Shown in pieces: positions 18,535 through 26,550 of a DNA stretch of 36,050 nt; within the stretch, counting starts at the first letter, position 1; each line of letters begins with the position of its first letter. The stretch spans positions 1-36,050 of the forward strand of contig JAKFCT010000098.1 in NCBI GenBank assembly GCA_036676495.1, written 5' to 3'. The position numbers and the translations under genes were made by a program. This DNA is from Candidatus Sericytochromatia bacterium. Its GTDB lineage: Bacteria > Cyanobacteriota > Sericytochromatia > S15B-MN24 > UBA4093. Under the pieces are notes generated by a model. The model had not been told where the DNA came from. It made no database searches and was given only the letters and a program-made list of their open reading frames with translations.

Positions 18535-19554
18535 ATGCCGATCTTCAACGTCCTCATGAGGCTGGGGGCTCCCGTCGCGCGGGCGATGCTGGAGCGCATG
18601 GGCTGGCGCGCGGGGCGCGTGCTGGTCCTGATGTACCACCGGGTCCATCCCGAGCCCCATGCCCTCAACGTCTCGCCGGAAGGCTTCGAGAGTCAGATCC
18701 GCTTCCTGCGGGAATGCTGCCATCCGCTCTCCTTGTCGGAGGTCGTCGACGCCCTGCGCCACGGGCGGCCCTTGCCTCCCCGCGCGGTGGTCGTGACCTT
18801 CGACGATGGGTATCGGGACAACTATCAGCATGCCTTCCCGATCCTGCAGCGCTACGAGGTCCCCGCGACCTTTTTCGTCACGTCGGGCATGATCCAGGCG
18901 GGGCGCTATTTCTGGTGGGATCAGGTCCGGCTGGGCTTGGAGCCCCCCGAGGTCGTCGCGCAAGCGTGGCCGGCGATCGCCGACTCCTTGCTCGGCCAGG
19001 ATCGGGCGGGGCAGATCGCCCTCGTCACCGAAGCCCTGAAGCAGACGCCCCACCGCCAGGCGCGCGAGCTGATCGCCCGGATCTGCCGGCCCGTGGAGCC
19101 CACGGAGCCCGTGACCATGACCTGGGACGAGATTCGTCACATGGCGGCCGCGGGCATGGAGATCGGCAGCCATACCGTCACCCATCCCATTTTGGCCCAG
19201 CAGGCTCCCGAGGAGGCGGCATGGGAGGTGCGGGCGTCCAAGGAGACGATCGAGCGTGAGCTCGGGATGCCGGTGCGTCACTTCGCCTACCCCAATGGCC
19301 GGGCATGCGATTTTTCACCGGAGCTGATAGCCCAGCTCGAAGCGTCCGGCTACGAGAGCGCATGGTCGACCATTGAGGGCGCCGTGACCCGGGAATCGCC
19401 GTGCTATGCGCTAGAGCGCGTCGGTGTCTACCACGATCCGCGCTTGGCGCGCTTCGTCCGTGAGCTGGTGCGGGTCCTCAGGCCGATCGCGCCGGCCGGA
19501 GCGCGTCAAGCTTCCGAGGGTGCCGGCTTGCCAGCCTCCGCTTCCCGAGCGTGA
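18535..19554 (+). CDS. Polysaccharide deacetylase (CE4/NodB homology), no signal peptide
   Basis: VLMYHRV, VTFDDGY, EIGSHTVTH, FAYPNG. ATG 18535 behind AAAGGAG. Confidence 0.9.
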   Translation: MPIFNVLMRLGAPVARAMLERMGWRAGRVLVLMYHRVHPEPHALNVSPEGFESQIRFLRECCHPLSLSEVVDALRHGRPLPPRAVVVTFDDGYRDNYQHAFPILQRYEVPATFFVTSGMIQAGRYFWWDQVRLGLEPPEVVAQAWPAIADSLLGQDRAGQIALVTEALKQTPHRQARELIARICRPVEPTEPVTMTWDEIRHMAAAGMEIGSHTVTHPILAQQAPEEAAWEVRASKETIERELGMPVRHFAYPNGRACDFSPELIAQLEASGYESAWSTIEGAVTRESPCYALERVGVYHDPRLARFVRELVRVLRPIAPAGARQASEGAGLPASASRA

Positions 19555-19558
19555 GCTT

Positions 19559-19606
19559 GCGCGCCAACCCCCCTCAGTCCCGAGGGACTGAGGGGGGTTG
19601 GCGCGC
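19559..19606. terminator. Long perfect palindrome between convergent genes
   Basis: 23-bp perfect arms GCGCGCCAACCCCCCTCAGTCCC-ga-GGGACTGAGGGGGGTTGGCGCGC followed by TTTC. Confidence 0.7.
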
Positions 19607-19677
19607 TTTCTGCGGGGGGCCGCGGCGAGACGCGTCGCAGGCCCTTCGCCCTGCGGCCCGCGCGCTCCGGCGGATCG

Positions 19678-20796
19678 TTACCCGACGGGAAGCGGGCTCT
19701 CGCGTTTGGCGCGAAGGGCCCGGATTTTTTCGTTGACGTTCCGCGCGAGGCCAAGATTCATCAGCTGGGGCTTGAGATAGCCCGCCACCCCGATCATGCC
19801 CATGGCGAGGAGGCTCGAGGGAGAGCCGATCTGGATCTGGACGGTCTCGTCGGTGGTGGTTTGAACCTGTCGTTTCCAGCCGTTTTCTCCGGGCCCGAGG
19901 TCGATCCACCGGACTCCTTGCTGGTGCATCTGCTCGAAGGACCATGTCGCGAGGAGGCTGCCCGGGGAGTAGGACTCGAACACGGGGTCGTAGGCGCGCA
20001 AGAGGCCATAGACCCGATCGGCATGTCGGCTCTGGAACTGGATCGCCGCGGGCTTGCCGTCGATCTCCAGGACATGCAGGCTTCCGAAGCCATGATCCAG
20101 CATGTCGGCGGCGATGAGCCGCATGAAGGCATGATAGGACTCCCAGTCCCGCTGCCCGTCGAAGTTGGCCGCTTGAAGTCGGCAAAGGGTCTCGAGCATC
20201 GGTTCGGCCTCGTCGCGGCTTGCCTCGTAGAAGCGATGCGGGTGTTGACTCAGCCGCTTGCTGCGGCGGGCGACAAGCCGTCGAAGCGAATCGGGACGCG
20301 CGCTCCAGTAGGAGTTCCAGTCGCCCTCCCAGTGGATGGCCGGATGCTGCCGCCAAGGGACATGGGTCTCGCGGAGCCAGCCCAGGCGTTTGAAGGCCTG
20401 GATGAAGGGGGTGCTGGTCGTGGGGCGGAGGATGAGGTCCAGCAGATCCCAGTCCCGCTTGGACTGGCGCAGCGCGTCCTCCAGGCAGGCGGCGAGGGCG
20501 CGGCCGTCCGTGGGATGCACGATCCAGGGATCGTGATACCAGGTATCCTCCCCGCCGATGGCGCTAAGGCGTCGGATGCCGAGCCGATCGCGCGTCAACA
20601 TCCATGGAGCGACGGCTTGGAGGCGTCCCTGGGGATCCGTCATGGCGATGACGAAGGGGTCTCCGTGCCGCTGGGGACTCTCTAGCCAGGCCCGGATCAT
20701 GCCCCAGCTGGCGAAGGGAGTGGTGGGGGGAGCGGATGCCCATTGATCGGCGAGGCGGCGAATCGCGGGGACGTCTCTGAGGATGGTGCAAGGCAT
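19678..20796 (-). CDS. GNAT-fold protein, CelD/BcsL-like, paralog 3
   Basis: GIRRLSAIGGEDTWYHDPWI, WNSYWS, LEIDGKPAA, YSPGSLL, IDLGPG..GWK. ATG 20796 behind AAGGAGG. Confidence 0.8.
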   Translation of the reverse strand: MPCTILRDVPAIRRLADQWASAPPTTPFASWGMIRAWLESPQRHGDPFVIAMTDPQGRLQAVAPWMLTRDRLGIRRLSAIGGEDTWYHDPWIVHPTDGRALAACLEDALRQSKRDWDLLDLILRPTTSTPFIQAFKRLGWLRETHVPWRQHPAIHWEGDWNSYWSARPDSLRRLVARRSKRLSQHPHRFYEASRDEAEPMLETLCRLQAANFDGQRDWESYHAFMRLIAADMLDHGFGSLHVLEIDGKPAAIQFQSRHADRVYGLLRAYDPVFESYSPGSLLATWSFEQMHQQGVRWIDLGPGENGWKRQVQTTTDETVQIQIGSPSSLLAMGMIGVAGYLKPQLMNLGLARNVNEKIRALRAKRESPLPVG

Positions 20797-21053
20797 GGGA
20801 ACCTCCTTTGCGGCGAGGCATGCGGCGAGTCCTGCGGCAAGGCGCATTTCCCCTTTACCGGCCGGCCTCCCTTCAGCTTAACCAGCCAACCTTTGCTTGA
20901 CTTGTGGATTTCGGAGAGGGTTTTCGGCGTGAGAACGATCTGGGGCGTTTAGACCGGGCTTGCCGGGCGAGGGTCCGATTAGAATGGCAGGCCCTGGGGG
21001 CTTGCCTCGAAGGGAGTCGCTCTCTTGAACCCAAGCAAGTGAGGTAAAACACC

Positions 21054-22268
21054 ATGCGCCAGAAACTACCTGTAGCCTTTGTCCTCAGTCTCTTCGATAC
21101 GGGCCTGGCTGCCGTTCGCAGCCTGGCCAGGGAGGGCATCCCCGTCAAGGGGTTCGACTCCGATCCGCGCCACGTCGGCTTCGCCACCCGCCTCGCCCCG
21201 ACGCTCCTCTGCCCTGATCCCGACCGGGAGCCCGAGGCCTTGCTCAGCTTCCTCTTGAACGAAGCCCGCCAGCTGGATCAGCCCGCCGTGTTCATCTCGG
21301 CCTCCGATGCCTTCGTGCTCTTCCTCTCGCGCTACCGAGAGCAACTGCGCCCCTTCTTCCGATTCAACCTGCCTCCGGCTCCCTTGATGGAAGCCCTCAT
21401 CAACAAGCGATCGACCTACGAGCTCGCCGAAAAGGTGGGAACCCCCATTCCCCGGACCTTCTTCCCGGAGTCCCGCGAGGAGGTGGAGGCGATCGCCCCC
21501 CTGCTCGACTATCCCGCCATCCTCAAGCCCCTCTATGGCCACCTCTGGCGGGACTCGGTCAACCCCCTCAAGGCCATCAAGGCCAATAGCCCTCAAGAGC
21601 TCATCGAGCGCTATGCGGAGTACGCCCATTCCGGCCAAAAGCTCTTGGCTCAATCGGTCATCCTCGGGCCGACCACCAATATCCGCGAGGTTTGGGCCTA
21701 CTTCGACCCCGAAGGAGAGCCGCTCGGTCTCTTCACCTCCCGCAAGATTCGCCAGTGCCCCCCGGAGTTCGGAGTGGGCAGCTATGTCGAAAGCCACCTC
21801 GACCGCGATCTGCTCGCCGTGGGACTTCACTTCATGCGGAGCATCGGCTATCGGGGGATGGGCTGCGTCGAGTTCAAGCGCGACGAGCGCGATGGCCTGT
21901 ACAAGCTGATCGAGTTGAACCCGCGTCTCGGCCAACAGAATCGTCTTGCCGGCGACTGCGGGGTCGATTTCTCGTTGATTCAGTACTTCGACATCATCGG
22001 CAAGCCCCTCGCCCCCCGATTTCACTTCAAGGAAGCCGTCTGCTGGCTCGATGCCACCGGGGACTTCGACTCGGTTCGAAACCTGGGCCTGAGTCCCAAG
22101 GTCTGGCTCCCTGAATGGCTAGGCGCCCAATCCTACGCCAAGTTCGCCTGGGACGACTTGCGCCCGTTCCTTCGTGCCAGCCAATGGGGGAAGCTCTATC
22201 TGCGCCAGCTGCGAGGCCTCTTGCCGCGCTCCTCGCATCCGGGCTGGCCTCAAGCCTCCAAGATCTGA
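21054..22268 (+). CDS. ATP-grasp carboxylate-amine ligase (D-aspartate-ligase-like)
   Basis: GLAAVRSLAREGI, NKRSTY, YPAILKP, VEFKRDERDGLYKLIELNPR, WDDLRPF; GAGGT RBS. Confidence 0.82.
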   Translation: MRQKLPVAFVLSLFDTGLAAVRSLAREGIPVKGFDSDPRHVGFATRLAPTLLCPDPDREPEALLSFLLNEARQLDQPAVFISASDAFVLFLSRYREQLRPFFRFNLPPAPLMEALINKRSTYELAEKVGTPIPRTFFPESREEVEAIAPLLDYPAILKPLYGHLWRDSVNPLKAIKANSPQELIERYAEYAHSGQKLLAQSVILGPTTNIREVWAYFDPEGEPLGLFTSRKIRQCPPEFGVGSYVESHLDRDLLAVGLHFMRSIGYRGMGCVEFKRDERDGLYKLIELNPRLGQQNRLAGDCGVDFSLIQYFDIIGKPLAPRFHFKEAVCWLDATGDFDSVRNLGLSPKVWLPEWLGAQSYAKFAWDDLRPFLRASQWGKLYLRQLRGLLPRSSHPGWPQASKI

Positions 22269-22301
22269 TGCCTGCCAGCTTGCACCTGCCGACCTGAAAT
22301 C

Positions 22302-22338
22302 TCGCGAGGCCCCCGGGACGTCCCCGGGGGCCTCGCGA
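22302..22338 (+). terminator. Hairpin after the ATP-grasp gene
   Basis: Perfect 16-bp arms TCGCGAGGCCCCCGGG / CCCGGGGGCCTCGCGA, 5-nt loop; no U-tract. Confidence 0.5.
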
Positions 22339-22539
22339 TAGTCCCCGGGCGCCGTCCCGACGGTGAGAGTCCTCTACGGGAGGCCCCCTGAACCGTTGCT
22401 TGAAGGCAAGGGCGACCTTCCACCCGATGCGAGGAACTACGCGGTGGCACGCAGGGCCGGGGTCGGGCGCTGCTCGAGGGCACGCGAGGCGCGTCGCCCC
22501 AGGCTGATGGAAGGCTGCTCGATCCAGTACCACCCTGAA

Positions 22540-22580
22540 CGCGTCAGGGGGGACCCCTTTGGGAGGTCCCCCCTGGCGCG
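22540..22580 (-). terminator. Hairpin after the kinase pair
   Basis: CGCGTCAGGGGGGACC ... GGTCCCCCCTGGCGCG near-perfect stem 20 nt past the kinase stop. Confidence 0.5.
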
Positions 22581-22600
22581 AGCCGATTCTCCGGAGGGCC

Positions 22601-23653
22601 TTACTTCAGGAGCTTGGCGCTGCGCAGGGCCTCGCGGACCTCGGAGGCGTTGCGGTAGCGATCCTCCACCTTGAGCGCCAGCATCTTGCTTAGAATCGCC
22701 TGAAGCTCGGGAGAACAGGTGTTCTCCGGGAAGACGAACGTCCCGGTGCGAGCCTCGTAAAGCCCCAGGGGATGCGCGTTGCTGAGGAGGTTCAGGACGG
22801 TGGTGGCGAGACCGAAGAGATCACTCGACGGATAGGCGACCATTCCCATGAGGACCTCCGGGGCCGCGAAGCCCTTGGTCCAGATGGCCGTGAACTCCCG
22901 CTGGGGGCCCATGTCGACCTTCTCGTCGATCTTTCGGGTCCGCCACTGGGTGGCGTTGCCGAAGTCGAGGAGGTAGTAGCGGCCGTCCATGCTGCGCATG
23001 AAGTTGCCGGGCTTGATGTCGCGGTGGATGATGGGAGGGGTGTGGCCGCCCAGGTACTCGAAGATGTCGAGGGCCTGGCTGAAGAAGTCGAGGGCGTCCT
23101 CTTCGGAGAACTTGCCGCGTTCGCGCAGCAAGGTCGAGACGGTGAGCCCGTCGATCCGCTCGATGACGAGGAAGAGGGCGCCATCCAGCTCGAAGGCGTC
23201 GTGGTAAGCGGGGATATGGGGGTGGTGAAGGGCGCTCAGGATCTCGCCCTCACGCTTGAATAGCTCCCGGTTCTTGCTGCTGACCTGCCGCTTGTGCTGG
23301 AGTTGCTTCATGACCAGGCGCTTCTGGGTCTGGGTGTCGACGACGGCGTAGATGGTGCCGAAGCCGCCCCGCTTGACCAGGAGGTCCTCGACGAGGTAGC
23401 GGCCGTTGACCATGTCGCCGCCCTTGAAGGTCTGCTCGGTCGGCTTCCCGCAGTAGGTGCAGTTCTCGGAGCCGCTGAGAACGGGCTTCTGGCAGAAGGC
23501 GCAGCGGAAGACCATCGGGGCGGGGACGGGCTTGACCCCGGGCACCTGCGCGGGATCGATGCCGTTCTTGAACTTCTCGGGGTTGGCCTTGACGTAGTTT
23601 TCGATGTGCTTGGCCAGGTCGTCCAGGTTGGGGTTCGAGCTGGGGTTCTGCAT
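22601..23653 (-). CDS. Hanks-type Ser/Thr protein kinase with N-terminal Cys4 zinc ribbon, paralog A
   Basis: CAFC...CTYC; GGFG loop, VMKQL, FKRE, HRDIKPGN, DFG, APE, SDLF; AAGGAG RBS. Confidence 0.93.
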   Translation of the reverse strand: MQNPSSNPNLDDLAKHIENYVKANPEKFKNGIDPAQVPGVKPVPAPMVFRCAFCQKPVLSGSENCTYCGKPTEQTFKGGDMVNGRYLVEDLLVKRGGFGTIYAVVDTQTQKRLVMKQLQHKRQVSSKNRELFKREGEILSALHHPHIPAYHDAFELDGALFLVIERIDGLTVSTLLRERGKFSEEDALDFFSQALDIFEYLGGHTPPIIHRDIKPGNFMRSMDGRYYLLDFGNATQWRTRKIDEKVDMGPQREFTAIWTKGFAAPEVLMGMVAYPSSDLFGLATTVLNLLSNAHPLGLYEARTGTFVFPENTCSPELQAILSKMLALKVEDRYRNASEVREALRSAKLLK

Positions 23654-23714
23654 GCGGAGACTCCTTTTTTCAATAGGCTGGCGGCATGCTTAGAGCAAGC
23701 AGTCGCTGCAGGAG

Positions 23715-24728
23715 CTAGATCAAGCTGGCGGAGCGGAGGGCCTCGCGGACCTCGGCGGCACTCTGGTAGCGCTCCTGAACGGGGAGCGCGACCATCCGGT
23801 TCAGGATCGCCTTGAACGCGGGTGAGCAGACCTTGTCGGAGAAGAGGAACTGGCCTTTCCGGGCTTCGTAGAGACCCAGGGGATGGCTGTTGGTCATCAG
23901 GTAGATGAGGGTCAAGCCGAGGCTGAAGAGGTCGGTGGCCGGGTACGCCACTTCTCCGAGGAGCAACTCGGGGGCGGCGAGCCCCTTGGTCCAGATGCGG
24001 GTGCGATCCCGCGCCGGACCGTCGATGCCGCGGCCCTTCGAGACGGTCGTGTTGTAGAACGTCGCATTGCCGAAGTCGACCAGGTAGACGCGCCCGTCGA
24101 GGGTCCGCATCAGGTTGGCGGGCTTGAGGTCTCGGTGGATGATGGGAGGCGACATGCCATGCAGGTGCTCGAGGGTGTCGAGCACTTGGGGCAGGAACTC
24201 CAGGATCTCGGCCTCGGTCATGGGCCCGACGTCCCGCTGGTGCATGCTGAGCGGATTGCCCGGGACGAGCTCCATGACCAGGTAGTGGCCTCCGTCCTCG
24301 ACGAAGGAATCGTGGAAGCGCGGCACGTTGGGATGCTTGATCATGCCCAGGATCGTGCCCTCGCGCTTGAAGAGCTCGATGTCCTTGGGCCTGAGGCCCG
24401 CTCCCGCGCGCAGCTGCTTGAGGGTGTAGCTCGTCGAGGTCCGGGTGTCGACGACGTCGTAAACCCGGCCGAATCCTCCATGCTGCACCATCAGCTCGAG
24501 GATGCGGTAGCGCCCGTGGAGGACCTCACCCGCCTTGTGGACGGTATCGAGCAGCTTGCTGCACGCCGGGCAGTACGGGGCGTCGGGCGCGATGGACTCC
24601 TTGCAGTAAGGACAGCCGAGCGATGCACCGGCTGTGGGCAAGGGTTTCGAGAGGTTGGGGTTGAGCTTCTTGAGATCGGTGAAGTTGACCGAGACGGGCT
24701 GACGGTCAGGCTGCTGGGGCGACGGCAT
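23715..24728 (-). CDS. Hanks-type Ser/Thr protein kinase with N-terminal Cys4 zinc ribbon, paralog B
   Basis: CPYC...CPAC; GGFG, TLKQL, FKRE, HRDLKPAN, DFG, APE, TDLF. ATG 24728 behind AAGGAGG. Confidence 0.93.
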   Translation of the reverse strand: MPSPQQPDRQPVSVNFTDLKKLNPNLSKPLPTAGASLGCPYCKESIAPDAPYCPACSKLLDTVHKAGEVLHGRYRILELMVQHGGFGRVYDVVDTRTSTSYTLKQLRAGAGLRPKDIELFKREGTILGMIKHPNVPRFHDSFVEDGGHYLVMELVPGNPLSMHQRDVGPMTEAEILEFLPQVLDTLEHLHGMSPPIIHRDLKPANLMRTLDGRVYLVDFGNATFYNTTVSKGRGIDGPARDRTRIWTKGLAAPELLLGEVAYPATDLFSLGLTLIYLMTNSHPLGLYEARKGQFLFSDKVCSPAFKAILNRMVALPVQERYQSAAEVREALRSASLI

Positions 24729-25142
24729 GGAGCCCTCCTTTCGCCGGGGACGTGTCGAGTGCTTCACATAACTTCATAAATAAACGTATCACACCCTCCC
24801 TTGCCTGGCAATGCCCTCCGCTGGCCCCGGACCCGCGCGCGGCGGAGCCGCTGGCCGTGCGCCTTGCATGCCTTGCAAGCGGTCGAGCGAGGCTCATCAA
24901 GCCCTCAGGGCAGCTGTGAGAGCCCTCACACTGCCTCCCGAGGGCCCGTGTTAAAAACAGGACATCAGCCAGGACGCGGTTCCACCATCCTCGAGTCAAC
25001 CCCTCCGAACGCTCGAAATCACGCCGCTTTAACCTCTCACCCCCGAAGCCCGAACGTCCCAGGAAATCACCGCCGGACGCCGCAGCTGGAGCGGGGCTCC
25101 GCCCCGTGTAGCACCGCGTTTCATTGGGAGAGAGGAATCGCG

Positions 25143-26315
25143 ATGAAAATGAAAGCTTGGATCAAGACCCTGTGCGGACTCGGCCTCGCGGCGTCGTTGA
25201 GCGTCAGTTGCGCCACCCAGCCCGTGGGATCCCCCCCTTCCGAGCCGCCGGCGGCCATTCCGGCCGATACCTTCGGAGGCGTCCCGCAGCCCGTTCCCGT
25301 GGTGCAGCCGCCCGAAATCCAACCGCCCATGCCGGTCCCGCCCCCGGTGCCGATCACGCGCAATCCCTACGTCGTGGCCTTCACCGCCGCGACCTGCTTC
25401 CAGGGCAACCTCTTCCTCTATGACGACCGCATCAAGGACGTCTACATCCTCAACGGCGCCGTGGCGGGCCTTTTCCCTCCGGGCTGGGGAGGCAACATCT
25501 TCCTCACCGAGCTGAACCCTCAGCTCTTCAACGATACGAAGATCCTCTTCGAGTTCCTCGGCCACATCTACTACTACGATATGATCACGGAAGAGCGCGT
25601 GGAGGTCGCCTTCGACGGCTGGTGCGGCCCCGGCGGAGCCCGCCCGTCGGTCTCGGAGACCGGACTCCTGCTCTACAAGGACAAGTTCGGCAACCTCGTG
25701 CTCAAACCCATCGATGGGGACTACCTGACCAAGAGCCGGGTCCTCACCAAGGTGGCCGCCGAGATCGAGGTCAACAACTTCACGCCCTTCGCCCCCTACC
25801 TCGGCGTCTACAACTTCGCCCACTTCCACGTCTGCTCGACCCTGCTCGACGCCCAGATCAGCGCCGACGGGCTCTGGGTCGTGGTCAACATCAAGGGCAA
25901 GCTCTACCTCTATGACGTCGCCAACCCGCAACTCTTCCAGATCCTGCCCCTGGATGGGATCGCGTTGGCCGGTGGGCCCGGCAACATCGGGCACGTGGCC
26001 ATCAGCGAGGACGGCCGCCTCATCGCCTTCACCGTCATCGCCGGCTTCTCCGAGCGCCTGCTCATCCTCGACCGGGTGACCGGCCTCATCGACACCGCCC
26101 CCTACGCCAACCTCGGCAATATCGGCACCATCGTCGACCCCATCTCAGACCCGTATTTCGCCGGCGGCTTCCTCTACTTCAACATCCTCACTCCCGGAGG
26201 CTATCGCGTCTGGCGCTATGATCCCCAAACCGAACTGCTCACCGCCCTCGTCATCCTTAACAATGCCCTGGGCGAGCTGGGCACGAACGTCACGATCTCG
26301 GATCCGCTTCTGTAG
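25143..26315 (+). CDS. Hypothetical lipoprotein with Pro-rich linker and probable beta-propeller (TolB-like blades)
   Basis: Basic N-terminus, lipobox-like SVSC, Pro-rich stretch, blade-like motifs PSVSETG, AQISADGLWVV, VAISEDGRLIAF; strongly GC3-biased codons. Confidence 0.75.
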   Translation: MKMKAWIKTLCGLGLAASLSVSCATQPVGSPPSEPPAAIPADTFGGVPQPVPVVQPPEIQPPMPVPPPVPITRNPYVVAFTAATCFQGNLFLYDDRIKDVYILNGAVAGLFPPGWGGNIFLTELNPQLFNDTKILFEFLGHIYYYDMITEERVEVAFDGWCGPGGARPSVSETGLLLYKDKFGNLVLKPIDGDYLTKSRVLTKVAAEIEVNNFTPFAPYLGVYNFAHFHVCSTLLDAQISADGLWVVVNIKGKLYLYDVANPQLFQILPLDGIALAGGPGNIGHVAISEDGRLIAFTVIAGFSERLLILDRVTGLIDTAPYANLGNIGTIVDPISDPYFAGGFLYFNILTPGGYRVWRYDPQTELLTALVILNNALGELGTNVTISDPLL

Positions 26316-26332
26316 GCAGTCTCTCCCCGAGG

Positions 26333-26367
26333 GCGGCAAGGGCGAAAGCCCTTGCCGCGTTCGTTTT
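26333..26367 (+). terminator. Intrinsic terminator
   Basis: GCGGCAAGGGC-gaaa-GCCCTTGCCGC followed by GTTCGTTTT. Confidence 0.75.
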
Positions 26368-26550
26368 GCCAGGGGCTTTTCAAGCGGGACCGAAAACGCT
26401 ATAAGGGAAAGCCACGCGTCAAACTCCGGTCACCAAGATTTAATCGTTTGTTTGCATTCGCTCCGTCACAAAGCCCGTTCCAAGGGTATACGGGGGTAGC
26501 CCTCTCCGCGGTCGCAGGAGACTCCTGCCATCGCTAGTAAAGGATCCGAC

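Noticed and set aside
19678-22268. ATP-grasp plus GNAT as a graspetide/microviridin-type RiPP cluster
   Set aside because: No precursor peptide with core repeats was found, the ligase looks D-aspartate-ligase-like, and the context is polysaccharide synthesis.
22341-22445. Group IIC intron-like words (GGTGAGAGTCC, GAGGAAC) directly after a hairpin
   Set aside because: No proper GUGYG 5' end, no domain V and no reverse transcriptase; the matches are too short.
22601-24728. Kinase pair as an anti-phage system
   Set aside because: No phosphatase, nuclease, methylase or other defence partner nearby.
24801-25142. N-terminal extension of the lipoprotein ORF
   Set aside because: The signal peptide and RBS begin at 25143; the extension looks non-coding.
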